A stretch of DNA of 64,000 bases from an uncultured Fibrobacterota bacterium (GCA_963753345.1 CAVWBU010000016.1:32001-96000); one strand, 5' to 3'; counted from the first letter of the stretch, positions 1 through 10,790 are shown. Notes: generated from the letters alone by a model not told the origin. Made by a program: numbers and translations.

Positions 1-136
1 TGCCGCATGTGCCCTTGCCTCCGCATTCGAGGTGGAGCTCGGTCTCGTTGAGCAAGGCAGCGGCGTCGGAAACGCGGGTGCCGGCCGGGACCGGCCCCGA
101 CCTGTTGGAAGGGAGAAAGGTGACAATATAGACCAT
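1..136 (-). CDS. 5' part of a 2Fe-2S ferredoxin-domain protein (possibly ASKHA/RACo type); runs off the window
   Basis: Manual translation from ATG at 136: MVYIVTFLPSNRSGPVPAGTRVSDAAALLNETELHLECGGKGTCG, containing the CGGxGxCG 2Fe-2S motif. Confidence 0.75.
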   Translation of the reverse strand, partial: MVYIVTFLPSNRSGPVPAGTRVSDAAALLNETELHLECGGKGTCG

Positions 137-208
137 GAAAGAAAAATACAAGCCGCCGTGCCAGGCTGTGGCCGGTTGGCGATTGTTACTCGGTGTCTTG
201 TTTTGTCC

Positions 209-982
209 CTACGGCAAACAGATCCCGATCCTCTCCAGCCGTAGTTCCATTTTGTCACCTAGTGAAAAGTAAACCAACCGCGCCTTGCCGAGCATATCGG
301 AGAGAGGAACAGGACCATAATGCCGCGAATCGTCGGAGTGTTCAGAATTGTCTCCCAGCACAAACACATGGCCATGCGGAACGACCACATCGCCTGACGA
401 AATTCTCATCGTGTCGCCGGGCAGCCCGGCAATGCGTTTGATGTAGAGCTTGCTTCTATCGTCGGGGTCGCGGTAGAGGATGACCTCCCCCTTATTAGGG
501 GGATTGTGCCGATAATACGTTTTATCAACTACCACGTAATCGCCCGGAAGCACGGCAGGCTTCATGGACCCTGTGACCACATGGCAGAACTGCATGATGT
601 TGTCAGACGTGTACGAATATGCCGCGCCCATGAGAAAAACCGAGCACAGCATGAACAGCGCGGCATACACGTACCAGCGGTTGTACCACTTGAGCATGTA
701 GCCTTTGCCCCGCGACGACGCCGCTTTCCATGCCTCAATGCCGAAGCAGATGTAGAATGTCATGGCCGCAACCGACACAAGGCCTGTTCCCAGAAGAAGC
801 GCCGGCGTGGGCAGCAAAACCGTGATGCGCATTCCGGCCACAAGGGCCATAATGAATATGGCGAAGAAACAGAGACCCTTTGTTAATTCTCCGTTGTAAA
901 TCTGTCCAAGGCCGGGCTGAACAAGTCCGGCAATGAGCGCGTAGGTCCTATTCCTGTCCTTGATCCGAACCGGCGGTTCCAT
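209..982 (-). CDS. lepB: Signal peptidase I with N-terminal membrane domain
   Basis: S26 motifs GSMKP, YIKRIAGLPGD and GDNSEHSDDSRHYG. Confidence 0.93.
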   Translation of the reverse strand: MEPPVRIKDRNRTYALIAGLVQPGLGQIYNGELTKGLCFFAIFIMALVAGMRITVLLPTPALLLGTGLVSVAAMTFYICFGIEAWKAASSRGKGYMLKWYNRWYVYAALFMLCSVFLMGAAYSYTSDNIMQFCHVVTGSMKPAVLPGDYVVVDKTYYRHNPPNKGEVILYRDPDDRSKLYIKRIAGLPGDTMRISSGDVVVPHGHVFVLGDNSEHSDDSRHYGPVPLSDMLGKARLVYFSLGDKMELRLERIGICLP

Positions 983-1232
983 GATGCTTCCCCTTTCCTG
1001 TTGTTTTTCTACTGCGAAATGATCGGCGCGAAAACCGCGTAGTACAGCCGGATCGCCTGGACTATCGTACTATAAAATACGCAGAAGCAGGCAAAAGGTT
1101 CCCGTACATCCGCTTAATGTCATATCTTTTTTCAAACGCTCGATGTTTCGCATGTGGGACGCCGCGAAATTTATGTATTTTAGTTGCACACCAAGCAGAC
1201 CAAGAAATCATCGATAAAAGGATGCTCGTAGC

Positions 1233-2570
1233 ATGATCGGATGTCATTTCGGCCGTTTCTTCCAGGTGACCGTTGCCGGCGGATCCTACCAGGAAGGGCT
1301 TACCGCAGTTGTACAGGGCGTTCCGCCCGGGCTGCTGCTTTCCGAAGAGGAAATCTATGCCGATCTGCTCCTGCGCAAACCAGGCACCGACGAACTTTCG
1401 TCCCCGCGCAAGGAACCCGACCTTCCTATAATATATTCGGGCGTCAATCCGGCCGACACGATTGAGAACGCGGGCAACCGGAACCATACCAACGGCACGC
1501 CGGTCACGGTTCTCATCCCCAACCTCGACCGCCACTTTGTTCACGTCAAACAGTATCAGGACACCAACCGGACGCCGAGGCCGGGGCACGCTTCGTATGC
1601 GTCGTTTATCAAGTACGGCCCGGACGACGACGCGGTCGGCGCGGGCATTTTTTCCGGCCGCTACACCTCGACCATCGTCGCGGCGGGGTCCATCGCCAGA
1701 AAGGTGCTTGCGAAATGCGGCATCAAGGTGTTCGCTTATGTAAAGGAAGCGGCCGGCGTCCGCTGCCCCGAACTTCCGCTCGACGCCATCGAGCGCCGCA
1801 CAAACTCCTACAAGGCCATGCGGCGCGATTTCGATCCGTTCTACCGCGAAGTGTATATCAACCGCCGCATCACGCCGGAAATGCGGTTCCTCGAAAAGGC
1901 TGCGGTGTTCGCTGAAATCGAGAATGAGATAGACGCGATACGCGAGCGCGGCCCCGTCATGAAAGCCGGCGACATACGCAAAAAGTACGATGTTCACCCG
2001 GTACTCAATTGTCCGGACGTCGGCGCCGCCGATGCAATGGTCAAGGCCATCAACGCGATCACGGCCAGCGGCGATTCCAGCGGCGGCGTAGTTGAAATCG
2101 TTGCCACCGGCCTTCCCGCAGGACTCGGCGAACCGGTGTTCGACAAGCTCGACGCCGAGCTCGGCAGGATGCTCGGCATCGGCGCGGTAAAAGCGGTGGA
2201 GGTCGGCGCAGGCATGGCGGTCAAGGACATGACCGGCATCCAGAGCAACGATCAGATGCATTCCGAGAACGGCAAAGTTATGTTTGATTCGAACAACGCC
2301 GGCGGCGTTACCGGCGGCCTTGCCACCGGTGCTCCTCTCATTGTCCGGCTCGCGGTAAAACCGACACCCACCATCGCCAAGAAACAGCATACCGTCGACA
2401 AGTACACGCTCGAAAACAAGGAACTCGCCGCCATCACGCGCCGCGATCCTACCATTGTGGCCCGTGTGTGGCCGGTTGCCGAGAACTTCACCGCAATGGT
2501 GCTGCTCGACCACCTTCTTCTGCACTACGGCTACCAGACATTAAGGAAAATTGTGGAAAAGGCATCATAG
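1233..2570 (+). CDS. aroC: Chorismate synthase family protein (divergent, with insertion)
   Basis: PRPGHA, GDSSGGVVE, GLGEPVFDKLDA, SNNAGGVTGG, AVKPTPTI and RDPTI motifs. Confidence 0.85.
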   Translation: MIGCHFGRFFQVTVAGGSYQEGLTAVVQGVPPGLLLSEEEIYADLLLRKPGTDELSSPRKEPDLPIIYSGVNPADTIENAGNRNHTNGTPVTVLIPNLDRHFVHVKQYQDTNRTPRPGHASYASFIKYGPDDDAVGAGIFSGRYTSTIVAAGSIARKVLAKCGIKVFAYVKEAAGVRCPELPLDAIERRTNSYKAMRRDFDPFYREVYINRRITPEMRFLEKAAVFAEIENEIDAIRERGPVMKAGDIRKKYDVHPVLNCPDVGAADAMVKAINAITASGDSSGGVVEIVATGLPAGLGEPVFDKLDAELGRMLGIGAVKAVEVGAGMAVKDMTGIQSNDQMHSENGKVMFDSNNAGGVTGGLATGAPLIVRLAVKPTPTIAKKQHTVDKYTLENKELAAITRRDPTIVARVWPVAENFTAMVLLDHLLLHYGYQTLRKIVEKAS

Positions 2571-2590
2571 CCGCCACCGTGGAGAACCTC

Positions 2591-4060
2591 ATGCACAAAT
2601 TGAGAATTGCGTTTTTTGCCGTTGCGCTTGCCTCGCTCGCCGCTTCGGCGTACGACATCAACGTGCCGGTCACCTACGACACGCTGAAAAACGGGCTCCG
2701 CATCATCGTCGTGCCGGACACGAACGTCGCCGTGGTCTCGTGCCGGCTGTACTACTTTGTGGGATCGATGTACGAGCAGTTCAGCAGGTCGGGCCTGTCC
2801 CACATGTACGAGCACATGATGTTCAAGGGGACCCACCGGCTCAACACTTCCGATTTCGCCAAGGAATCGGTGTGGCTCGCAAAGATCGACTCGGTTGACA
2901 AAATCATATTCGCCATGAAGAACCGGGGCATACCGGACACGGCCGTCTCCTGCGTTCGGCTGCGCGCGGAAATACTCGGATACATTGAGAAGGAACGTGT
3001 CTACATCAAGAAAGACGAGATCTGGAAACTGTACATGGACAACGGCGGGACCCACCTCAATGCCTGGACCGGCGAGGACATGACCGCCTATATCGTCACC
3101 CTGCCGAAAAACAAGGTGGAGCTTTTTTACTGGATAGAATCCGACAGGATGGCGAACCCGGTGTTCCGCGAGTTTTACAGCGAGCGCGACGTGGTACTCG
3201 AAGAGCGCAGAATGCGCTGGGAAAACCAGCCCGCCAACCGTTTCTACGAATATCTCAACTCGCTTTTCTATCTGGCGCACCCCTACCGTCTTCCCACCAT
3301 CGGGTGGAAATCGGACATCGAGAACTACACCATACAGGACCTTGCCCGTCATGTCAAGCAATACTACACGCCCGACAACGCGGTGCTCGTGCTCGTGGGC
3401 AACATAGCTCCCGCAAAGGCCGTTGCCGACATCAAACGCTATTTCGGCGCCATCCCGCGGGCGGCCGCGCCCAAGCAGGAAGTGGTGACGCGCGAGCCGC
3501 AGGCCATCGGCGAGACGCGCTTTACCGTTCGCGACGACGCCACGCCCCAGATCGACATCATGTTCCACACGCCCGGGTACGACAACGAGGATCTTTACAA
3601 GCTGGACGTGCTCGAATCCATCCTTTCGGGTCGCAGTGGGCGTTTGTACGACCGGCTTGTCAACCGCGAAGACATCTGCACGGACGCCGAGGCAAGCAAC
3701 GCGTTCAAGCTTCAGGACGGGTATTTCGAGGTGGCGGCGACGCTCAAGAAGGACACCGACCCGGCCCGGGTCGAAAAAATCATCAGGGAGGAAATTGCCT
3801 CCCTTGCCGCAAGGCCCCCGTCCCCGAGGGAGATGCAACGGATCAAGAATTCGCTCCGCATGTCGTTCGTATCCAATCTGAGAAGTCTGGAGGGGCTTTC
3901 GGACCGGCTGGCGTGGTTCGAGCGGCTTGGTTCCTGGAAAGCCATGCTATCGTACCCGGACCGGATCGACGCAGTTCGGCCCGAAGACGTTTCGGCCGTC
4001 GTGAAGAAGTATTTCGATTTCGACAGGGCGACGGTTGGCATTCTTCTGCAGAAGCAGTAA
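2591..4060 (+). CDS. M16 (insulinase) family zinc peptidase, catalytic subunit
   Basis: Signal peptide; LKNGL; HMYEH inverted zinc motif; NAWT; ERDVVLEERR. Confidence 0.92.
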   Translation: MHKLRIAFFAVALASLAASAYDINVPVTYDTLKNGLRIIVVPDTNVAVVSCRLYYFVGSMYEQFSRSGLSHMYEHMMFKGTHRLNTSDFAKESVWLAKIDSVDKIIFAMKNRGIPDTAVSCVRLRAEILGYIEKERVYIKKDEIWKLYMDNGGTHLNAWTGEDMTAYIVTLPKNKVELFYWIESDRMANPVFREFYSERDVVLEERRMRWENQPANRFYEYLNSLFYLAHPYRLPTIGWKSDIENYTIQDLARHVKQYYTPDNAVLVLVGNIAPAKAVADIKRYFGAIPRAAAPKQEVVTREPQAIGETRFTVRDDATPQIDIMFHTPGYDNEDLYKLDVLESILSGRSGRLYDRLVNREDICTDAEASNAFKLQDGYFEVAATLKKDTDPARVEKIIREEIASLAARPPSPREMQRIKNSLRMSFVSNLRSLEGLSDRLAWFERLGSWKAMLSYPDRIDAVRPEDVSAVVKKYFDFDRATVGILLQKQ

Positions 4061-4107
4061 GCAGCCATCCCGGCGTCATTACCCGCGGAGAAAAGGAAAC
4101 CTGACAA

Positions 4108-5562
4108 ATGCAAATGAAAGCGATCCATCGGTTTATTCTCCTTGCGGCGCTTGCGGTCGGCACCTGCGGCGCGCAGGTGCCTTCCCATCCGTCAAAGATC
4201 ACCTACCCGCCGCTTGGCTGGAAGGTTCCGCTCGGAGGGCCCTACCGCCAGGTGCTCGACAACGGCCTTGTCGCCTATATCGCCGAGGACCATTCCCTGC
4301 CGTATTTCCAGCTTTCCGGCATCATACGCTACGGCTCGATCTGCGATCCCGCCGGCAAGGACGGCATTTCCTCGCTCATGACCTCTCTCATGCGGCTCGG
4401 AGGGACCTCGACCTACAACGCCGACACGCTTGACGCCATTATCGACCTTTATGCGCTGCACGTCTCGGTGTCGGCCTCCGACACGCGCGTGTCCTTTTCG
4501 TGCGCGTGCCTGTCCGAATACATGGACACGTGCCTGTACATTCTGTCGCAGGTGCTTTTTCATCCTGTGTTCGAGGAAAAAAAGGTGAAAAAGCAGACGT
4601 CGATTTTCCTTGAATCGATTGCCCACCGATTCGACAACCCGGACCCCGTTCTCGACGCCGCCTACGAAAAGGCCATGTACAAAGACGGCCAGAACAGCCG
4701 CATACCCTTTCCCGAAACCATCGGCAAAATAACCAGGAAAGACCTTGTCGAGCTTCACAAAAAGGTATTCAGGACCGAGAACATGATCGTGGCCGCGGCG
4801 GGCAAATTCGACCGAGCGGCGCTGTCGCGCAGGCTGGCCGCGCTCTTTCCGAAGGCGGCGGCGCCGGCGGATACCGGCTATCCGGTCATTGCCGTAAAGC
4901 CTCTCGCAAAATGCGTGCTTGTCAACAAGCCGATAAGCCAGAGCTACATCCGGATGGGGCTGCCGCTCTTCAAGCGGCCCAACGACGATTTCTACGCCGT
5001 CCAGCTCCTCAACATGATCCTCGGCGGCGAGGGGTTCACCTCACGCCTCGGCACCAAGGTCAGGTCCGACGCGGGGCTCGCCTACGTCGTCTACTCCAGC
5101 GCGGGATCGAATTACTTCTACCCCGCCACACTCTTCATAGAATTCCACACCAAGAACGAGACCGCAAGCCGCGCCATGGCGATTTCGCTTGAGGAAGTCA
5201 AACGGCTCCGTGATGCCGGAGTGACCGACGAGGAACTCGCCCATGCCAAGAAGGAGCTCATCGACGGCCTGCCGTCAATGTTCCGCTCGCCTGCCGACAT
5301 CGTGGACAACTACGCCGACAACGAATACCTCAGGCGGCCGGCCGACCATTTCGCAAAGTACCCCGACCGGATAAATGCCTTGACAAAAGCAGACGTCCTT
5401 GCGGCGGCAAAGAAATACCTGGACCTCGCGAACATCACCGTTACGGTCGTCGGGGACACCGCGGCCGTTTTCAAGGCCGATACCGTTGCGGGTTTTTCGC
5501 TGCGCGCGCAGAAACCCCGCGTGGCGGTCGGCGTCGCGGATTCCCTGTTCCGCCTGAAGTGA
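4108..5562 (+). CDS. M16 family peptidase, non-catalytic partner subunit
   Basis: LDNGL; ILGGEGFTSRL..VR...GLAY; no HXXEH; tandem with the catalytic subunit. Confidence 0.88.
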   Translation: MQMKAIHRFILLAALAVGTCGAQVPSHPSKITYPPLGWKVPLGGPYRQVLDNGLVAYIAEDHSLPYFQLSGIIRYGSICDPAGKDGISSLMTSLMRLGGTSTYNADTLDAIIDLYALHVSVSASDTRVSFSCACLSEYMDTCLYILSQVLFHPVFEEKKVKKQTSIFLESIAHRFDNPDPVLDAAYEKAMYKDGQNSRIPFPETIGKITRKDLVELHKKVFRTENMIVAAAGKFDRAALSRRLAALFPKAAAPADTGYPVIAVKPLAKCVLVNKPISQSYIRMGLPLFKRPNDDFYAVQLLNMILGGEGFTSRLGTKVRSDAGLAYVVYSSAGSNYFYPATLFIEFHTKNETASRAMAISLEEVKRLRDAGVTDEELAHAKKELIDGLPSMFRSPADIVDNYADNEYLRRPADHFAKYPDRINALTKADVLAAAKKYLDLANITVTVVGDTAAVFKADTVAGFSLRAQKPRVAVGVADSLFRLK

Positions 5563-5577
5563 GCGAGGGGAAAGGTC

Positions 5578-6060
5578 ATGAAAATCGGCGTATTTGTCCA
5601 TTCACAGACGGGAAATACGGCCAAGCTCGGTCTTGCCGTCGTTCATGCGCTCCGGGAAAAGGGGCACGATGTCGCCATTGAACTCCTGCGGCCTGCGGGG
5701 AGAGTGAATCCCGGTTCGAAAAATATCGAGTTCAGAAACCTCCCGGACGCCGCGAGGTTTGAGGCCGTCCTGTTCGGCGGGCCCATCTGGGCGCACAACG
5801 TTTCTCCGGTCATCACTTCGGCGATCACACAGTTAGCCGGTCTCAAGGGGAAGAAAACGCTTTTCTTCCTCACCTCATTTTTTCCCCCGTCGCTGTCGGG
5901 ATGCAAACGGTCACAGGCCGCGGTTCGAAGCCTGCTGGAAGAAACCGGCGCATCGGTTCTTACGGGTGAATCGCTGTCGTGGGGATTCTGGTGCGGCAAG
6001 AAAAGGCTCGAATCGGCAGCGGCCAGGATCTGTGAACGGGTACTGGACACCGCTCATTGA
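5578..6060 (+). CDS. Flavodoxin-like protein
   Basis: HSQTGNT phosphate-binding loop and GGPIW. Confidence 0.8.
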   Translation: MKIGVFVHSQTGNTAKLGLAVVHALREKGHDVAIELLRPAGRVNPGSKNIEFRNLPDAARFEAVLFGGPIWAHNVSPVITSAITQLAGLKGKKTLFFLTSFFPPSLSGCKRSQAAVRSLLEETGASVLTGESLSWGFWCGKKRLESAAARICERVLDTAH

Positions 6061-6077
6061 CGCATGGTGAGGGACGC

Positions 6078-7394
6078 CTACAAAATATTCGCTGCCAACT
6101 CCGATAAAAGCGACCGTTCCCCTTTGGTAAGCGTCACGTGCGCCGCGATTTCCTGCGCCTTGAACTTCTCCACCACATAGGTAAGGCCGTTGCTCGACGA
6201 GTCTATGTACGGATTGTCAATCTGATACGGGTCGCCGGTGAGCACGATCTTTGTCCCGTCGCCCACCCGCGTAATGATGGTTTTTATCTCGTGGGGCGTG
6301 AGGTTCTGCGCCTCGTCCACGATCAGATACTGGTTGTGGATGGACCTTCCCCGGATGTACGTGAGCGGCTCGATGATCAGGATGCCCGTGTCCATGAGCT
6401 CCTTGAACCCCCGGATATGCCGCCTCGCCTTGGCCTCGCTCCGCAGGAGCAGGTCCACGTTGTCGATAATGGGATACATCCACGGCGTGAGCTTTTCTTC
6501 CACGGTCCCCGGCAGAAACCCGATGTCCTTGCCCATGGGAAGCGTGGGACGTGACACAAGGATCCGCGAAAACAGGTTTTCGTCGATCGTCTTGTTGAGG
6601 CTTGCCGCAACCGCAAGCAGTGTCTTGCCGGTGCCCGCCTTTCCCACCAGCGTCACGAGCTGAATGGCGTCGTTGAGAAGGGCGTCCATGGTGAACAGCT
6701 GTTCGCTGTTGCGCGGTTTGATCCGGAACATGCCTTCCCTGCCCTCGGAAATGAGCCGGACGATCTTCCTCTCCTTTGCGTCGAATCGGCCCATTGCGAA
6801 ATGAGAAGGGTCCGCGCCGTCCGCGAGCGTGACGTACTGGTTCGGAAAGAAATCGCCCTGCACCTCGCAAACGCCCTTCTCGCGAAGCGCGTCCACGGTT
6901 GCCGCGTCGGCGGCCACGCGGGTGTAGCCGGAGTAAAGTTCCTCTATGTCAACCTTGTCGGACTCATAGTCCTCGACCACCACGCCGAGCGCGTCCGCCT
7001 TGATCCGGAGGTTGATGTCCTTGCTCACGAACACGGTCGGCGTGGCGCCCGCTCTTTCTTTCACCGCAAGGGTGATGGCGAGAATGAAATTGTCGCGGGG
7101 CTTTTCCTGAAACTCTCGGGGAATCCGGCGCACCGCCTCGGCATCGCTGAGCGTGACGAAAAGGGTGCCGCCGTTCTCAAGCTTCACCCCCTTCGTAAGT
7201 GACCCGCGTTTACGAAGCGCATCGAGGTAACGCGATGTCTGGCGGGCATTTCTGCCCGTCTCGCTAACGTCTTTCTTGAAGTGGTCGATGTCTTCGATCA
7301 CGGTGATCGGTATAATCACATTGTTGTCTTCAAAATTGAACAGCGCGTGAGCGTCGTAAAGAAGGACGGTGGTGTCAAGAATGAAGTTTTTCAT
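6078..7394 (-). CDS. PhoH family protein (PIN domain + PhoH ATPase, PhoH2 type)
   Basis: N-terminal ILDT PIN start; GKAGTGKT; YIRGRS; IVDEAQN; GDPYQID. Confidence 0.93.
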   Translation of the reverse strand: MKNFILDTTVLLYDAHALFNFEDNNVIIPITVIEDIDHFKKDVSETGRNARQTSRYLDALRKRGSLTKGVKLENGGTLFVTLSDAEAVRRIPREFQEKPRDNFILAITLAVKERAGATPTVFVSKDINLRIKADALGVVVEDYESDKVDIEELYSGYTRVAADAATVDALREKGVCEVQGDFFPNQYVTLADGADPSHFAMGRFDAKERKIVRLISEGREGMFRIKPRNSEQLFTMDALLNDAIQLVTLVGKAGTGKTLLAVAASLNKTIDENLFSRILVSRPTLPMGKDIGFLPGTVEEKLTPWMYPIIDNVDLLLRSEAKARRHIRGFKELMDTGILIIEPLTYIRGRSIHNQYLIVDEAQNLTPHEIKTIITRVGDGTKIVLTGDPYQIDNPYIDSSSNGLTYVVEKFKAQEIAAHVTLTKGERSLLSELAANIL

Positions 7395-7721
7395 GGCGAT
7401 TTCTTCCCGCAAAAGTTGCGCAAAACGTTTGGAGACAAAATTAATGACGTGATACCTGATACGCCAATCTTTTCAGACCGTCATTGAGGCATTGACATTG
7501 CCATGGTGACCAAAAAATATGCAATATCTTCAGACGTAGTAAGTTTAGGGCAGTTTTGTTGACGCTGATGAGTCAAGCATTTTTTCCGGGATCAAGTATA
7601 TTTTGCGATAGGAACGATTGCGGGCATGCTGTCCCTGAGATGCTCCCATGAGACCACTCCATATGATAGATATAAGAACACGGGCGGCTCAATCATTCGT
7701 CATTATTATAATGGAATAAGC

Positions 7722-10700
7722 ATGAGTAACCTCATCCTTCGCACATCCCTTTGTCTTACGGCTGAGGCGCTTTGGCTCCTGCTTGCAGGATGCACTCCGC
7801 ACACCAACTCCCCTGACCAGGCTGGCTATTTCACCGTCCTCGTCACCGTCGTCGGCAGCGGCAAGGTCACGAGTTCCGGGCAATTGACGCACGTCAAGGG
7901 AGGCTCCGCCGTGGTGATGACCGCCGTCCCGGATTCGGGGGCCACGTTCGCCTGCTGGAACGGCGATCTTAGGTCCACGGCGAATCCGCTTTCCGTTACG
8001 GTTTCCAAGAATCTGTCCCTCACCTGTGAATTCGGAAAACGCCCCGCATCAATGGTCAAAATTCTCTCCTCGGGCCAAACGTTCGTCATGGGCTCGGCGG
8101 GCGCCCTTTCGTCCCCCTGCGAACGGCCGCCGCATCCGGTAATGTTCACCTACGATTACTTTATTGACGCATGCGAAGTGACTCAGGGCGAGTACAGTCG
8201 CATCATGGGCGTTAACCCCGCGTCGGCCAACGCCACCATGGGAACGGCGGGAATCGGCGACAGTTTTCCCGTGTACTATGTCCGCTGGTACGACGCAGTC
8301 CTTTTCTGCAACGCAAAAAGCAAGCTGTACGGTTTCGATACCGTGTACAGCTATACCGCGGTGTGCAACACCGGACAGATCTGTCCCTACGTTCTGGAAA
8401 ACCTCGCTGCGCACTACGACAGGCTCGGATACCGCCTGCCGACGGAAGCGGAATGGGAATATGCCTGCCGGGCCGGATCGACAACGGAATATTTCTGGGG
8501 CGCGGACACGACGCAGGCCGCTTCCTATGCATGGTATGGTGCGGCCCAGAGCCAGCCCGTTGGGCAGAAAAAGCCGAACGCATTCGGGCTTTACGACATG
8601 GCCGGTAATGTGGCCGAATGGGTGAACGACTGGCTCGGCGCGTACTCCGATTCCCTGAATGTAAACCCTATCGGCCCGACCGGCCTGCCCCTGGAAAAAT
8701 ACGAAGACAGTTTGGACCGGCCGATACGCGGCGGCTGCTATTCGCTCGGGACATCGTTCCTTCGGTCGGCCGATCGTACCGGCCCTTACGCCGTGACGGC
8801 GGCGACGCTCAACAAATACACCGGCTTCCGTACTGCGATGGGAGCGTTTTTCCCAGACACCTCATCAAAGCCCTCTTCCCAACCTCAGGAATCATTGTCG
8901 GTGACCATCGACGCGCAGAAATCGGACATCCTTTCCTTCATTGGTACGTGGCGCATCAAGCTGGTCTTTACCGTTGTTTCCGCAAACGGCACGGGGCGGT
9001 TGTGCTACGTCGACTATACTGACCCGAACCTTACCATCCGCCAGCTGCCCGATTCAACTTCCGTCAACAGACCGACCATTTCTCCAAACGGCGTCTACGT
9101 CGCCTACAGTTCCAAGCGCGAAGGATTCACGGGGCAATCCACTATTACGGTGCGCCCGCTCGATTACACCTCGAATGCAAAATTCCGCACACCGGTTTCC
9201 CAACCGGCGTTTCTTCCCCGGTGGTTTATCGATCCCGCCGCTCTCGACACGTTTCTCGTCTATGTGAACAGCGCGTCCATGAACGATCTTTCCGCCTGGC
9301 AAAGCGAGCAGACCCTGCGCCAGAAGGTAAGCGGGTTGTCTTTCTCGGGACAACCCGAAATCCTCACTTCGCAGGGATCGTTCCACGGCGGGCTCTCGCG
9401 CGACGGCGAGTTTCTCGCCACGGGATACCCGCGCGCCCTCGTGAATGACCTCAAGGGGAATCGCGTGATCCGGTATTTTCTCCCGCCGTACAACGGGTTC
9501 ACCGACCTGACCGACACGGTTCAGGTGTGCAATGTCACCATCAGCCCCAGCCTTGCAAAACCCGACGAAATCATGTTTCTTGATTTCGGCGACCCGTCAA
9601 CGAATACGATTGTCGGAAAATCCTACGGCTTTCATTCAGTCATTTTCATCGCCAACTCAAACACTCAGGCGTATCATCACGTGACCAACTGGTTCGCAGT
9701 GCCCTCGGGTTTTTCATCCTGGGATGACGTTGCCTGGTCCAACCATCCGAATTTCGCGGCCGCCGTTGGAAATTCAAGTTCGTCGGGGAGCTTCGGGTCG
9801 GTGTTCCTCATCAACATTGCGTCCTCGGCCTACCTTCAGGTGCTCTCGGGCCAGGGACTCGCCGACCCGATGCTGTGGATCGACCCGCACGACCTCAGCG
9901 AAGCGCCGGACCCCTACGTCGATTTCGGGATGTACAACATTCCTTCATACGGCATCGCGCAACTCTACCTGGGAGAAGAGCTCTCGTATTTCTGGTCGCA
10001 CAGCAGAGGTCTGGCATGCTGCTTCGTTGGGAGTTCGCATGTAATGATGGATGTCGACCCTTCACGTCTTGTTCATACGCCGGCATCGATTATCGGCGTG
10101 CCGGGGCTCGAGGTGGTGACCGGACGCAACTTGACAAGAAACTATCTTCTTCCGCAGGCGCCCAATCTCAAGGTGATCGGCATGAGTCTTGATCCGGGAT
10201 GGATACCTCTCGATTATTCGCTGCCCGACCCGCACGGCATCGGGTGGGTAAACAGCAGGGGCTACATTTTCGACAACAGCAACAATTTCTGGAAAAGCGG
10301 GGTCCCTGCCGGAGTGCAGACAAAGATTGGGCAGTTCAATTCGTCCACGTGGCCGGATTTCGATACCTCCTGTGCGCTGATCTGCCTTCCTGCGGGAACA
10401 GGATGGGGACCACCGCTCTATGACGGAGGCGACTTTGCGTTCACCGACACGTCGGTTCAGACATACTTGTCTCTGATCAAGACACTTACCGACTCGCTGG
10501 CAACGCTGGGCATTCATTTCCTTCTTGTTAAGTTTCCGGAAAACCCCGCCTACGTCACCACGGGCTATGTCAGCAGATACGGACCTAACTACAATACCTA
10601 CGACCAGATTGCGGCCTGGTTTCGCAGCCTGGAACTTCAAAATCAGTTCTTCCATTTCTATGACGCAAACATGGACGGCGCGCACGACTATACCGACGCC

Positions 10701-10790
10701 GAGGCGCACGATTGCAACCATTTGAATGCGCTGGGAAGAGCAAAAATGAGCACGCGGTTGGACAGCGTTATAGCAACATTTGTGCAGTAG
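7722..10790 (+). CDS. Lipoprotein with InlB-like repeat, FGE-sulfatase (SUMF1) domain and TIGR02171-like C-terminal region
   Basis: Lipobox LLAGC; RLPTEAEWEYACRAG; PNAFGLYDMAGNVAEW; SFHGGLS; C-terminal GSS...DCNH. Start uncertain (7626 also possible). Confidence 0.8.
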   Translation: MSNLILRTSLCLTAEALWLLLAGCTPHTNSPDQAGYFTVLVTVVGSGKVTSSGQLTHVKGGSAVVMTAVPDSGATFACWNGDLRSTANPLSVTVSKNLSLTCEFGKRPASMVKILSSGQTFVMGSAGALSSPCERPPHPVMFTYDYFIDACEVTQGEYSRIMGVNPASANATMGTAGIGDSFPVYYVRWYDAVLFCNAKSKLYGFDTVYSYTAVCNTGQICPYVLENLAAHYDRLGYRLPTEAEWEYACRAGSTTEYFWGADTTQAASYAWYGAAQSQPVGQKKPNAFGLYDMAGNVAEWVNDWLGAYSDSLNVNPIGPTGLPLEKYEDSLDRPIRGGCYSLGTSFLRSADRTGPYAVTAATLNKYTGFRTAMGAFFPDTSSKPSSQPQESLSVTIDAQKSDILSFIGTWRIKLVFTVVSANGTGRLCYVDYTDPNLTIRQLPDSTSVNRPTISPNGVYVAYSSKREGFTGQSTITVRPLDYTSNAKFRTPVSQPAFLPRWFIDPAALDTFLVYVNSASMNDLSAWQSEQTLRQKVSGLSFSGQPEILTSQGSFHGGLSRDGEFLATGYPRALVNDLKGNRVIRYFLPPYNGFTDLTDTVQVCNVTISPSLAKPDEIMFLDFGDPSTNTIVGKSYGFHSVIFIANSNTQAYHHVTNWFAVPSGFSSWDDVAWSNHPNFAAAVGNSSSSGSFGSVFLINIASSAYLQVLSGQGLADPMLWIDPHDLSEAPDPYVDFGMYNIPSYGIAQLYLGEELSYFWSHSRGLACCFVGSSHVMMDVDPSRLVHTPASIIGVPGLEVVTGRNLTRNYLLPQAPNLKVIGMSLDPGWIPLDYSLPDPHGIGWVNSRGYIFDNSNNFWKSGVPAGVQTKIGQFNSSTWPDFDTSCALICLPAGTGWGPPLYDGGDFAFTDTSVQTYLSLIKTLTDSLATLGIHFLLVKFPENPAYVTTGYVSRYGPNYNTYDQIAAWFRSLELQNQFFHFYDANMDGAHDYTDAEAHDCNHLNALGRAKMSTRLDSVIATFVQ

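Noticed and set aside
1062-2525. Long antisense ORFs (also e.g. 2531-3838, 21682-23007, 34586-35974, 60255-61679)
   Set aside because: Shadow ORFs opposite well-supported genes, expected in high-GC DNA.
7565-7571. CTGATGA hammerhead-like motif
   Set aside because: No stem II followed by GAAA.
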